Source: Alphaproteobacteria bacterium
Lineage (GTDB): Bacteria; Pseudomonadota; Alphaproteobacteria; GCA-2731375
Direction of reading: 5' to 3'
Length of the DNA stretch: 64,000 nt
NCBI GenBank assembly: GCA_965226475.1
Contig: CBDDDJ010000005.1
Location: 1,741,690-1,805,689 of the forward strand
The notes beneath the pieces are model-generated. The model saw nothing but the letters and a program-made list of their open reading frames with translations. It made no database searches and was not told where the DNA came from. Position numbers and translations under genes: made by a program. Positions 39,142 through 49,061 of this stretch are shown one piece after another. Each line of letters starts with the position of its first letter. Position 1 is the stretch's first letter.

Positions 39142-41427
39142 TCAGTCGTCGTCGCCGCCGGCCGCCAGGGCGTCGATCGCCGCCGAGACGCGGGGCGGCG
39201 ACATCGGCAGGGACTGCATGCGCACGCCCACCGCGCTGTGAATCGCGTTGGCAATCGCCGCCATCGGCGGGCAGATGTTGACCTCGCCGACGCCCTTGAC
39301 GCCGTAAGGGTGCAGCTCGTTCGGCACCTCCACCAGCACCGCCTCGATCATCGGCAGGTCGGAAGCGACCGGGATCCGGTAATCCAGGAAGTTCGGGTTA
39401 TCGAGCTTGCCTTGGTCGTTGTAGATGTACTCCTCGTTCAAGGCCCAGCCGATGCCCTGAACCACGCCGCCCTGGATCTGGCCCTCGACGTAGGCGGGAT
39501 GGATCGCCCGGCCGACGTCCTGCGCCGCGGTGAAGCGCAGGATGGTCACGTGGCCGGTCTCGGGATCGACCTCGACGTCGCACATCTGGGTCGCGTAGCC
39601 GGAGCCGACGCCCGTGGCGTTAACCGAGGCGGCGGCACCCAGCGGCCCGCCGGTGGTCGCCCGCGTCGCGGCGATATGGCCGAACGGCATGGGGTCGAAA
39701 TCGCCGACGTTGGTACTGGCCGGCTTGGCGTGGCCGTCCTCCCAGATCACGCCCTCGACATCGACGTCCCAGAGCTTGGCCGCCCGCTCGCGCAGCTGGC
39801 GGATGATGTCCTCGCTGGCCCGTACCACCGCGAGGCCAGTCGCCAGCGTCACGCGGCTGCCACCGGTCACGTGGGTGTAGCCGACGGAAGCCGTATCGGC
39901 GACGATGGAGCGAACTTGGTCATAATCGATGCCCAGCGTCTCCGCCGCCATCATCGCCATCGAGGCCCGGCTGCCGCCGATGTCTGGGCTGCCCGTCGCC
40001 ACGGTCACGGTGCCGTCCTCGTTGACGTGCAAGGTGGCGCTCGATTCGCCGCCGGCGTTGAACCAGTAGCCCGACGCGATGCCCCGGCCCTGGTTGGGGC
40101 CGAGCGGCGCCTGGTAGTGCTCGTGCTCCAAGAGCGCCTCGAGCGTCTCGACGTAGCCGATCTTCGGCGTGGTCGGGCCGAAGGGCATCTTCGTGCCCTC
40201 CTTGGCCGCGTTCTTGAGGCGCAGCTGCAGCGGGCACATGCCGATCTTCTTGGCCAGGATATCGAGCACGCACTCGATGCCGAAGGAGGCGATGGGCGAA
40301 CCGGGCGCCCGGTAGGCGGCCGCCTTCGGCCGGTTGGTCACCACGTCCTGGCCGGTCGAGCGCACGTTCTCCAGATCGTAGGGCGAGAAGCCGCACATCG
40401 CGGCGCCCATGAACGGCGAGCCGGGAAAGGCGCCCGCCTGCAAGGCGAAGTTGCCGTCGGCCGCGGTGATTCGGCCGTCCTTGGTGACGCCGATCTTCAC
40501 CCGCATATGCGCGCCCGAGGTCGGGCCGGACGCCATGAAGCACTCCGCCCGGTTCATCACCGCGCGGACCGGCAGGCCCGATTTGTGCGCCAGGGTGAGC
40601 GCCAGCGGCTCCAGGTAGGCCACGGTCTTGCCGCCGAAGCCGCCGCCGATCTCGGCCGGGATGGCGCGGATGTCGCCGATCCGCGCGCCGGTGACCTTGG
40701 CCGTCAGCGCCCGGATCACGAAGTGGCCCTGGCTCGAGGTGTAGATGTCCGTCTGGCTGGGCCCCGTGGGCACCGCGACGCAGGCGTGCGGCTCGATGTA
40801 GCCCTGGTGCACGGCGGCGGTGGAGAACTCCATCTCGACCACCTCGTCGGCCTGGGCGAAACCGGCCTCGATGTCGCCGTGGCCGAACTCGGCGTGCTTG
40901 GCGACGTTGGAGGGCGTGGTGGGCGCGGGCTCGATCCCGCGCGTGGTCATGTCGTCCCACAGCAGCGGGGCGTCGGGCTTTATCGCGTCCTGCACGTCGA
41001 TGACGTGCGGCAGCACCTCGTACTCGACCTCGATCAGCTCGATCGCCTCATCCGCGATCCGCTCCGAGGTGGCGGCGACGGCGGCGATGGCGTGGCCTTC
41101 ATAGAGCGCCTTCTCGCGCGCCATGATGTTGCGGGTGATGTGGTGGAAGTTTACCTGCACCCGGTCCGGGCCGACGTATTCGAACTTCTGGTCGGGCAGG
41201 TCGTCGGCGGTCATCACCGCCTTCACGCCCGGATGCGCGGCTGCCTTCGTGGTGTCGAGCGAGAGGATGCGCGCATGCGCGTGGGGGCTGCGCAGGACCT
41301 TGAGCGTCAGCATGCCGGGGAAGATGTAGTCGGCGCCGTACTTGGCCCTGCCGTTCACTTTTTCCACGCCATCGGGGCGCACGGGCCGCGTGCCGATCCA
41401 TTTGAAATCGCGCTTCACCTCGTTCAT
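39142..41427 (-). CDS. Xanthine-dehydrogenase-family molybdopterin-binding large subunit (CoxL/aldehyde-oxidoreductase-like)
   Basis: A 761-aa protein with the Ald_Xan_dh_C domain followed by the MoCo-binding domain. The start is MNEVKRDFKW, and the rest of the 1190-aa ORF is not coding-like. Confidence 0.75.
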   Translation of the reverse strand: MNEVKRDFKWIGTRPVRPDGVEKVNGRAKYGADYIFPGMLTLKVLRSPHAHARILSLDTTKAAAHPGVKAVMTADDLPDQKFEYVGPDRVQVNFHHITRNIMAREKALYEGHAIAAVAATSERIADEAIELIEVEYEVLPHVIDVQDAIKPDAPLLWDDMTTRGIEPAPTTPSNVAKHAEFGHGDIEAGFAQADEVVEMEFSTAAVHQGYIEPHACVAVPTGPSQTDIYTSSQGHFVIRALTAKVTGARIGDIRAIPAEIGGGFGGKTVAYLEPLALTLAHKSGLPVRAVMNRAECFMASGPTSGAHMRVKIGVTKDGRITAADGNFALQAGAFPGSPFMGAAMCGFSPYDLENVRSTGQDVVTNRPKAAAYRAPGSPIASFGIECVLDILAKKIGMCPLQLRLKNAAKEGTKMPFGPTTPKIGYVETLEALLEHEHYQAPLGPNQGRGIASGYWFNAGGESSATLHVNEDGTVTVATGSPDIGGSRASMAMMAAETLGIDYDQVRSIVADTASVGYTHVTGGSRVTLATGLAVVRASEDIIRQLRERAAKLWDVDVEGVIWEDGHAKPASTNVGDFDPMPFGHIAATRATTGGPLGAAASVNATGVGSGYATQMCDVEVDPETGHVTILRFTAAQDVGRAIHPAYVEGQIQGGVVQGIGWALNEEYIYNDQGKLDNPNFLDYRIPVASDLPMIEAVLVEVPNELHPYGVKGVGEVNICPPMAAIANAIHSAVGVRMQSLPMSPPRVSAAIDALAAGGDDD

Positions 41428-41577
41428 CGTATCTTCCCTCTTCCACTCCACGGGCCGCGCTCCTGGCGGGTCGGGCGGATTTTGTCCCATGCGGGCCATC
41501 CCCGCAAGGCGGAGGCCCAAGCTTTCCCAATTCTTTGACTCGACAGAGGCCCGCCAAAGGCGTGAAATCAATCGAAT

Positions 41578-42996
41578 TTGGACCCCATGATCGAGCCACG
41601 GAGCGGCCCCATGAGCGACCTCGGCAATTCCCCCGCCAGCCGCGATATCGCGAACGTGCTGCACCCCTACACCAACCTGGACGCGCATCCCGACACCGGC
41701 CCGCACATCATCGAATCCGGCAAGGGAATCTTCGTCTACGACGACACGGGCAAGGAATATATCGAGGGGCTGGCCGGCCTCTGGTGCACCTCTCTCGGCT
41801 TCCAGGAACGGGAGCTGATCAAGGCCGCCACCCGGCAGATGGAGCAATTGCCCTTCTACCAGGCCTTCGGCGGCAAATCGACGGGCCCGCTGATCGACCT
41901 GGCGGAGAAGGTGCTGGAGGTGGCGCCGCCCTCGCTCACGAAGGTGTTCTTCGCCAATTCGGGCTCGGAAGCGAACGATTCCATGGTGAAGATGGTCTGG
42001 TACTACAACAACGCCAAGGGCCGGGCGTCGAAGAAGAAGATCATCGCGAGGCTCAGGGGCTATCACGGCGTCACCGTGGCCTCGGGCAGCCTGACGGGCC
42101 TGCCCTACGCCCAGAACGCCTTCGACCTGCCCTTGGAGCGCATGAAGCACGCCGCCTGCCCGCACTACTATCACGGCGCCAACGAGGGCGAGAGCGAGGC
42201 GGATTACGCCACCCGCCTGGCGGAAGAACTGGACGGCATGATCCTGGCCGAGGGACCGGAGACGGTCGCCGCCTTCATCGCCGAGCCGGTAATGGGCGCC
42301 GGCGGCGTCATCATCCCGCCAGAGACCTACTTCCCCAAGATCCAGGCCGTTTTGAAGAAACACGAGGTGCTGATGGTCGCCGACGAAGTGATCTGCGGCT
42401 TCGGGCGGACGGGCAACTGGTGGGGCTCGGAGACCTACGACATCAAGCCCGATATCCTGACCTGCGCCAAGGCCTTGTCGTCGGCCTACCTGCCGATATC
42501 GGCGGTGCTGATCTCGGAAGAGGTCTTCGAGGCGCTTCGCGCGCAAAGCGCCGCCCTCGGCATCTTCGGCCACGGCTTCACCTATTCGGGCCACTCCGTG
42601 TGCGCCGCCGTGGCGCTCCGCACCCTGGAGCTGATGGAGGAACGCGAGATCATCGCCCATGTCCGCCGCGTGGCGCCGCGCTTCCAGCAGCGAATCCAGG
42701 ATTTCGCCGATCATCCCCTGGTCGGCGAGGCACGCGGCGTCGGCCTCATCGGCGGCATCGAGCTCAGTCCCGACAAGGCGACTCGCGCCCGCTTCGACCC
42801 GGCGCTGAAAATGGCCCCGCAGCTCCAGGCGCTCTGCCAGGAGGAAGGCCTGATCCTGCGCGCGCTCCCCGACGACGCCATCGGCTTCTGCCCGCCCCTC
42901 ATCATCTCCGAGGACCAGATCGACGACATGTTCGACAGATTCGGGCGGGCGCTGGATCGCCTGACCGAGAGGGCGGCGCGGCAGGCCGCGGAGTGA
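41578..42996 (+). CDS. Class-III (omega) aminotransferase
   Basis: It has the PLP-lysine motif CAKALSSAY and the DEVICGFGRTG motif. Confidence 0.8.
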   Translation: MDPMIEPRSGPMSDLGNSPASRDIANVLHPYTNLDAHPDTGPHIIESGKGIFVYDDTGKEYIEGLAGLWCTSLGFQERELIKAATRQMEQLPFYQAFGGKSTGPLIDLAEKVLEVAPPSLTKVFFANSGSEANDSMVKMVWYYNNAKGRASKKKIIARLRGYHGVTVASGSLTGLPYAQNAFDLPLERMKHAACPHYYHGANEGESEADYATRLAEELDGMILAEGPETVAAFIAEPVMGAGGVIIPPETYFPKIQAVLKKHEVLMVADEVICGFGRTGNWWGSETYDIKPDILTCAKALSSAYLPISAVLISEEVFEALRAQSAALGIFGHGFTYSGHSVCAAVALRTLELMEEREIIAHVRRVAPRFQQRIQDFADHPLVGEARGVGLIGGIELSPDKATRARFDPALKMAPQLQALCQEEGLILRALPDDAIGFCPPLIISEDQIDDMFDRFGRALDRLTERAARQAAE

Positions 42997-43062
42997 AGGT
43001 CACCGCGCATCGTCCGTCTCGAAGGATCCGAGCACTGCCGGGATTCTCGACGATATGGATGA

Positions 43063-43338
43063 TCATCCGCGAGACCGTGGGCCTTCGCTCTTCGGATCGA
43101 TGACTCCCGCGCGCTCGCGAGCGATCTTCAAGAGGTCCTCCTTCGAAAGATCGGTAATGCCGCTTTCCAGGCCCTCCGTGACGAGACGCTGCATGTTTGC
43201 GATCTTCGCCGCCCGGTCCTGCTCGCGGCGGATCAGGTCGCGGATATAGTCGCTGGTATTGCCGTAGCGTCCGGACCGCGCCTGCGCCTCGACCCAGGCT
43301 TTCATCGGTTCCGGCAAGGACACGTTCATCGTCGCCAT
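43063..43338 (-). CDS. parD: ParD-family type II antitoxin (ribbon-helix-helix), apparently orphan
   Basis: The N-terminus MATMNVSLPEPMKAWVEAQARSGRYGNTSDYIRDLIRR matches the ParD/RHH consensus. No parE-like ORF lies downstream. Confidence 0.6.
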   Translation of the reverse strand: MATMNVSLPEPMKAWVEAQARSGRYGNTSDYIRDLIRREQDRAAKIANMQRLVTEGLESGITDLSKEDLLKIARERAGVIDPKSEGPRSRG

Positions 43339-43416
43339 CGCTACCTCCAAACAGTGCGTTGATCGTGCCAAATATTGGCAAACTTCGACACATTCAACAT
43401 CGGATCAATCAGCCGC

Positions 43417-44454
43417 CTATCCCGCCACCTCATGCGCCTCGACGAACGCACCCAGGAAGGTCGCGAGGTTGGTGCCGAGTTCGGGGCAGAGGTAGCCGCC
43501 TTCCTGGATCAGCACGGTGGGGAGACCGACGGCGGCGGTGCGTCGGGCGATTTCGGCGAAGCCTTCGGTGGTGATTTTCAGGATGCCGAGGGGGTCGTTT
43601 TCCTGGGCGTCGAGGCCGAGGGACAGAAGCAGAGCCGATGGCGCGAAGTCGCGGATTTCGGCGAGACCCCGGTCGAGCACGTCGAGAAAGCCGCCATCGC
43701 CCGTGCCGGCGGCGAGCGGTAGGTTGAGGTTGGCGCCCCGGCCCGCGCCGGCACCCCGCTCGTCGGCATAGCCGGCGAAATAGGGGTAGAAGGCACTGGG
43801 ATCGCCATGCAGGGAACAGAAGAAAACGTCGCCGCGATCATAGAATATCCCCTGGGTGCCGTTGCCGTGGTGGACGTCGACGTCGAGGATGGCGACCTTG
43901 CCGCGCGCCGCCGCCACCCGCTCGGCGGCGATGGCGACGTTGTTGAGGTAGCAGAAGCCGCCCGCGGCGTCGGCGAAGGCGTGATGGCCCGGCGGGCGGC
44001 AGAGGGCGTAGGCGCGCGGCGCGCCTTCCAGCACCAGGTTCGCCGCCGTCAGCGCCGCCTCGGCGCTCGCGCGGGCGGAGGTCCAGGTCTCGGCCATAAT
44101 GGGAGCGGCCAGGTCGTTCACGTGATAGCCGACGCGGCCGACGATGCCTTCGGGCCGGGCCGCCATCCGCCCGCTCGGGTGCGCGTTCGGCACCATGATC
44201 TCGCCCGCGTCGGGGAGCGCGCGCCAGAGGTTGAAGCCGTTCTCGAGGAAATCCAGATATCGGGCGTCATGCACCGCCTCGAGCGAGGCCGTATCATATG
44301 ACCGGCTCGCCTCCGGGCCATGGCCAGACTCGGCCAGCGCCGCGAGGAAGCGGCGCACCCGCTCCGGCGTTTCCGGGTGCGGCGCCGGCCGGCCCCGGAG
44401 CATGAACTCGGACGGCGCGTGCTTCAGTTGCGTCTCGTTGAAGATCACCTGCAT
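43417..44454 (-). CDS. Histone-deacetylase-like (HDAC/AcuC/acetylpolyamine amidohydrolase family) protein
   Basis: It has the RPPGHHA and DVDVHHGNGT motifs characteristic of Zn-dependent HDAC-class hydrolases. Confidence 0.75.
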   Translation of the reverse strand: MQVIFNETQLKHAPSEFMLRGRPAPHPETPERVRRFLAALAESGHGPEASRSYDTASLEAVHDARYLDFLENGFNLWRALPDAGEIMVPNAHPSGRMAARPEGIVGRVGYHVNDLAAPIMAETWTSARASAEAALTAANLVLEGAPRAYALCRPPGHHAFADAAGGFCYLNNVAIAAERVAAARGKVAILDVDVHHGNGTQGIFYDRGDVFFCSLHGDPSAFYPYFAGYADERGAGAGRGANLNLPLAAGTGDGGFLDVLDRGLAEIRDFAPSALLLSLGLDAQENDPLGILKITTEGFAEIARRTAAVGLPTVLIQEGGYLCPELGTNLATFLGAFVEAHEVAG

Positions 44455-44493
44455 GGTAGGGGTGTATAGCGGCTGGCGGGCAAGGATGAAATC

Positions 44494-45336
44494 ATGACGG
44501 ACGGCACCCAGGGGCGGATCGCCGCCCTCTACACCCATCCGATCAAGGGCTGCCGCGCGGTGGCGCTGCAACGCGCGCGCCTGCGCCCCACGGGCCTACG
44601 GCACGACCGGGAGTGGATGGTGGTCGACGCGAACGGTGATTTGATCACCCAGCGCGAGGCACCGCGCCTCGCCACCGTTCGAGTCGAGGTCGGCGAAGGC
44701 GGCCTGACGCTCTCCGCCGACGGGCTCGATCCGGTTGCCGTGCCATATGGGCCGGGCGATGCGATCCCGGTCCGGGTCTGGCGCAGCCGGGTTCGTGCGC
44801 AAACCACGACGCCGGAGGCCGACGCCTTCTTCAGCCGCGTCACCGGCGCGCCGTCACGGCTGGCCCGCTTCGACCCGACGGAGCGGCGCGAGTGCGATTC
44901 CGACATCGCGCCCGGCGATCACACCTATTTCGCCGACGGCTATCCGGTGCTGGTCACCAACGCGGCCTCGCTCGACCGATTGAACGGCGTCATCGCCGAG
45001 GCGGGCCACGCGCCGGTGCCGATGGCGCGTTTCCGCCCCAACATCGTCGTCGACGGCATCGCGGCCGACCTCGAGGACCGGGCCGGCCGGCTTCGGATCG
45101 GCGACGAGGTCGGCCTCGACCTGGTGAAGCCCTGCGATCGCTGCGAGGTGACGACCATCGACCAGGAGACCGGCGAGCGCCGGCCCAGTGAGCCGCTGGC
45201 GAGCCTCGCCAAGATCCGCATGGCGCCCGGCGGCGGCAAGGTTCTGTTCGGCCAGAACGGAGTCCCGCGCCTTGTGGGCGACGCGGCGGAGATCGCCGTC
45301 GGCGATGCCGTGGCGTTCCTCGACCTCCGGAATTGA
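44494..45336 (+). CDS. MOSC-domain protein (YcbX-like)
   Basis: It has an N-terminal MOSC_N beta-barrel and a MOSC domain with the conserved Cys (VKPCDRC). Confidence 0.7.
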   Translation: MTDGTQGRIAALYTHPIKGCRAVALQRARLRPTGLRHDREWMVVDANGDLITQREAPRLATVRVEVGEGGLTLSADGLDPVAVPYGPGDAIPVRVWRSRVRAQTTTPEADAFFSRVTGAPSRLARFDPTERRECDSDIAPGDHTYFADGYPVLVTNAASLDRLNGVIAEAGHAPVPMARFRPNIVVDGIAADLEDRAGRLRIGDEVGLDLVKPCDRCEVTTIDQETGERRPSEPLASLAKIRMAPGGGKVLFGQNGVPRLVGDAAEIAVGDAVAFLDLRN

Positions 45337-45735
45337 AAGCGCCACCCCCGGCGCGCCGGCGCCCGTCGTCCCGCCTCCGTTCAATCGGGACGGGAATGGT
45401 CTATCGCCATCGTTGCCGATGTTCCAATTCCCCACCGACAAGCCCTTGAAACACCCGGCCTGGGCCGCCCGCCGCTTCCGCGTCACGAGCAAGACGCCGG
45501 ACATTCGAGGCCGGGCCGACGGCGACTCTTCCAGGCGGGCATCTGTTCCGGCGCCTTCCCCGCCGGCGCCGCGCGGTGGAAGAAGGTCGCGGAACCGAGC
45601 GACGCCAGGTCCGATGCCGTCATCGACGTCGCGACGAGGGGGATGAAGCGGCCGGTACCGTCCGACCAAAGTCCCGAGCTGGCGAGCGCTGAAAGCTGGG
45701 CATCCATCCTGCAAGTCGTGGTGTAGACCCTCTCA

Positions 45736-46625
45736 TTGATCCCGAAGCGTCCCGGCGAGCGGATCAAGACGGATCGGCGGGATGCGCTGAGCCTGGCGAG
45801 TTTGCCGCGAGCGGGTCAACTCACGGCGGTCTGGGTGCCGGATGCGACGCACGAGGCGGTTCGCGCGCTGGTTCGTCTGCGCAGGCTGGCGGCGGTAGAC
45901 GTGAAGCGAGCCAAGCAGCAGATCCTGAGCTTCCGTCTGATGCAAGAGCGGGTTTGGCGGGCGGAGAGCCATTGGACGAAGGCCCACCGGGGTTGGCTGC
46001 TGGATCAGAGGTTCGATCATGACGCCCTGGTCCTCACCTTCACGGAACTCCTCGCCCGGCTCGAACGGGCGGAGACGATGCTGGCACGCGTCCGCTCGGA
46101 CCTGAGGGCGAGCATTCCGGCCTGGGCCTTGTATCCGCTCGTGGAAGCGCTTCAGGCGCTACGTGGCTTCGATTGGGTGAGGAGGGACCGTCGCGCCAGT
46201 GGCGCGGCGTAAGCCCGACGCAAGGCCTCCATGGTGGTGGCGGAGATCGGCGACTTCCGGCGCTTCCCGACGCCGAGCCATCTGATGGCCTACGTCGGCT
46301 TGGTGCGGTCGGAATATTCCAGCGGCAATCGGCGCCGACAGGGCGAGATCACCAAGGCGGGCAATGGTCTGGTCCGCCGGGTCTTGATCGAGGCGGCGTG
46401 GACCTATCGTTACCCGGCGCGTCAGTCTTATCCGATCCGCAGGCGCTCGAACATCTGCCGGGGCCGATCCGTGAGAAGGCCTGGCAGGCACAAATCCGGC
46501 TCTGCCGCCGCATGCGCGATCCGCGCAAACGCGGCAAGCACCACAACACCGTGCTGACGGCAGTGGCCCGCGAACTCGCGGGGCACGTCTGGGCGATCGC
46601 TCGCATGGTCGAGCCGGTTCCGGTG
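45736..46625 (+). pseudogene. IS110-family transposase remnant (N-terminus missing, frameshifted)
   Basis: ORFs 45736..46212, 46231..46557 and 46173..46628 together spell the middle and C-terminal IS110 transposase regions (VVAEIGDFRRFPTPSHLMAYVGLVRSEYSSG...RQGEITKAGN...VLTAVARELAGHVWAI). Confidence 0.65.
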
Positions 46626-47046
46626 TAGACACGCAATCGCCGCCCATCGGCGGCGAACCTGACACGCCCGCTCGGCCGGGCAGCGGTGGCGGCGGCCACT
46701 TGGGGAACCCGCGTTCCTTGGCCATGGGCAGGATCGATCCGACGCCCGTTTTTAGAGTGAGGACAGCCCCATCGAACAGAGGGACATGCGGTAACCAACC
46801 CGCGCATAAGAGCTTGATGGACCGTCGATCAAAGCCGTCCCGCCGCTGCCTACATAAGCGGGCGCTACAGAGCATCCGGAAAGAAGCCGGATGACAGGAC
46901 GAGTTCGCGCTTGACACCTTGGGGGGACGATAAGAGCCAAGACACGACATTCCGGTTGGCTAATGCATTGGCAGCTATTGCGACCGTTCAGCACTCCCTC
47001 TAGTCTCGGTTTCGAGAGTGGTTCCGAGCTGCGTTCCTCAGCCTGA

Positions 47047-47976
47047 GTGTCTGGCCCGAAAAGAGTTGAGTGATTTCAGTCAGTTGTGATTCACTGTTTG
47101 TATTTAGCAACCAGGGAGACACAACATGTGGACCAAATTCACTCGCCCGAAGTATGAACGCGACCTGCTGCGCTACGCAAGCGACCTGACGGATGGAGAA
47201 TGGAAGGTGCTGGAGCCGTTGCTGCCTCGCGCCAAAGCGCTGGGACGGCCTCGGACGACGGCATTGCGCGAGGTGGTGAACGCGATCCTCTACCTACTGC
47301 GTAGCGGCTGTCCATGGCGCATGCTGCCCCGGGACTTCCCGCCACGCTCGACGGTGCAGCGCTACTTTTATCTCTGGCGGGACGACGGCACCTGGTCCGA
47401 GGTCAACCGGCAACTGCTGGTCGCGGCGCGCGAGGCCGAGGGCCGCGCGGCCGGCCCGTCGGCCGGTATCATCGACAGTCAGAGCGTAAAAACCACGGAA
47501 AGCGGCGGTATCCGGGGCTTCGACGCCGGAAAGAAAGTCAAGGGCCGCAAGCGTCACATCCTCACCGACACCGGCGGCCTGCTGGTCGCGGTCGTGGTCC
47601 ACGGCGCCGAGATCCAGGACCGCGACGGCGCGCCGGCGGTGTTCGCCGCCATCCCCCGCCACTTTCCCCGCCTGCGCCACGTCTTCGCCGACGGCGCCTA
47701 TGCCGGGCCCAAGCTCGAGGGCGCACTGAAGCGGATCGGCCGCTGGTCGCTGGAGATCGTCAACCGTCCCGCGGGCGTGAAGGGCTTCCAACTCCTGCCC
47801 CGCCGATGGGTCGTCGAGCGCACGCTCGCCTGGCTCAATCGAAACCGGCGGCTGGCCAAGGACTTCGAGACGGCCATCGAGACCGCCGAGGCCTGGATCT
47901 TCCTCGCCAGCATCCAACTCCTCACGCGCCGTCTCGCAAGAGCCTGAAAACACTCGATTCATTTCGAGTCGGACTC
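47047..47976 (+). mobile_element. IS5-family (IS1031-group-like, about 930 bp) insertion sequence, copy 1 of a head-to-tail tandem
   Basis: It has terminal inverted repeats of about 26 bp (GTGTCTGGCCCGAAAAGAGTTGAGTG / CACTCGATTCATTTCGAGTCGGACTC) and a single 273-aa DDE transposase. It is flanked by TGA and TAA trinucleotides. Confidence 0.7.
47126..47947 (+). CDS. IS5-family DDE transposase (copy 1)
   Basis: A 273-aa protein with DDE_Tnp_1 motifs (IDSQSVKT, HILTDTGGL, FADGAYAG). Confidence 0.85.
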   Translation: MWTKFTRPKYERDLLRYASDLTDGEWKVLEPLLPRAKALGRPRTTALREVVNAILYLLRSGCPWRMLPRDFPPRSTVQRYFYLWRDDGTWSEVNRQLLVAAREAEGRAAGPSAGIIDSQSVKTTESGGIRGFDAGKKVKGRKRHILTDTGGLLVAVVVHGAEIQDRDGAPAVFAAIPRHFPRLRHVFADGAYAGPKLEGALKRIGRWSLEIVNRPAGVKGFQLLPRRWVVERTLAWLNRNRRLAKDFETAIETAEAWIFLASIQLLTRRLARA

Positions 47977-47979
47977 TAA

Positions 47980-48909
47980 GTGTCTGGCCCGAAAAGAGTT
48001 GAGTGATTTCAGTCAGTTGTGATTCACTGTTTGTATTTAGCAACCAGGGAGACACAACATGTGGACCAAAATCACTCGCCCGAAGTATGAACGCGACCTG
48101 CTGCGCTACGCAAGCGACCTGACGGATGGAGAATGGAAGGTGCTGGAGCCGTTGCTGCCTCGCGCCAAAGCGCTGGGACGGCCTCGGACGACGGCATTGC
48201 GCGAGGTGGTGAACGCGATCCTCTACCTACTGCGTAGCGGCTGTCCATGGCGCATGCTGCCCCGGGACTTCCCGCCACGCTCGACGGTGCAGCGCTACTT
48301 TTATCTCTGGCGGGACGACGGCACCTGGTCCGAGGTCAACCGGCAACTGCTGGTCGCGGCGCGCGAGGCCGAGGGCCGCGCGGCCGGCCCGTCGGCCGGT
48401 ATCATCGACAGTCAGAGCGTAAAAACCACGGAAAGCGGCGGTATCCGGGGCTTCGACGCCGGAAAGAAAGTCAAGGGCCGCAAGCGTCACATCCTCACCG
48501 ACACCGGCGGCCTGCTGGTCGCGGTCGTGGTCCACGGCGCCGAGATCCAGGACCGCGACGGCGCGCCGGCGGTGTTCGCCGCCATCCCCCGCCACTTTCC
48601 CCGCCTGCGCCACGTCTTCGCCGACGGCGCCTATGCCGGGCCCAAGCTCGAGGGCGCACTGAAGCGGATCGGCCGCTGGTCGCTGGAGATCGTCAACCGT
48701 CCCGCGGGCGTGAAGGGCTTCCAACTCCTGCCCCGCCGATGGGTCGTCGAGCGCACGCTCGCCTGGCTCAATCGAAACCGGCGGCTGGCCAAGGACTTCG
48801 AGACGGCCATCGAGACCGCCGAGGCCTGGATCTTCCTCGCCAGCATCCAACTCCTCACGCGCCGTCTCGCAAGAGCCTGAAAACACTCGATTCATTTCGA
48901 GTCGGACTC
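47980..48909 (+). mobile_element. IS5-family (IS1031-group-like) insertion sequence, copy 2 (differs from copy 1 by about one nucleotide in the CDS)
   Basis: It is identical in organisation, with a period of 933 bp (930-bp IS plus a 3-bp TAA junction). The downstream flank is TTA. Confidence 0.7.
48059..48880 (+). CDS. IS5-family DDE transposase (copy 2)
   Basis: A 273-aa protein differing from copy 1 at one residue (F5I). Confidence 0.85.
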   Translation: MWTKITRPKYERDLLRYASDLTDGEWKVLEPLLPRAKALGRPRTTALREVVNAILYLLRSGCPWRMLPRDFPPRSTVQRYFYLWRDDGTWSEVNRQLLVAAREAEGRAAGPSAGIIDSQSVKTTESGGIRGFDAGKKVKGRKRHILTDTGGLLVAVVVHGAEIQDRDGAPAVFAAIPRHFPRLRHVFADGAYAGPKLEGALKRIGRWSLEIVNRPAGVKGFQLLPRRWVVERTLAWLNRNRRLAKDFETAIETAEAWIFLASIQLLTRRLARA

Positions 48910-49061
48910 TTAGACTGAAGCGTGAGAGCCGATACCGCGCCAGGATTGCGCCCCTTCGCGTTAGGGCGTAGCAATGTCGATCGGAGATTTATCCACGTTG
49001 GTGCCCTCGCCGAGTACGATCATGGCATTTGCGTGGTCGGACAACGAGGGAGGGAGAAGCG

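Noticed and set aside
38854-41538. 894-aa plus-strand ORF, and the 39142..42714 1190-aa ORF extension
   Set aside because: They are antisense to or extend beyond the XDH-family gene. The real CDS is 39142..41427, and the remainder lacks any domain similarity and overlaps the divergent aminotransferase.
45483-45767. 94-aa minus-strand ORF upstream of the IS110 remnant
   Set aside because: It has no recognisable motifs, overlaps the start of the transposase remnant, and is probably non-coding spacer left by the truncated IS.
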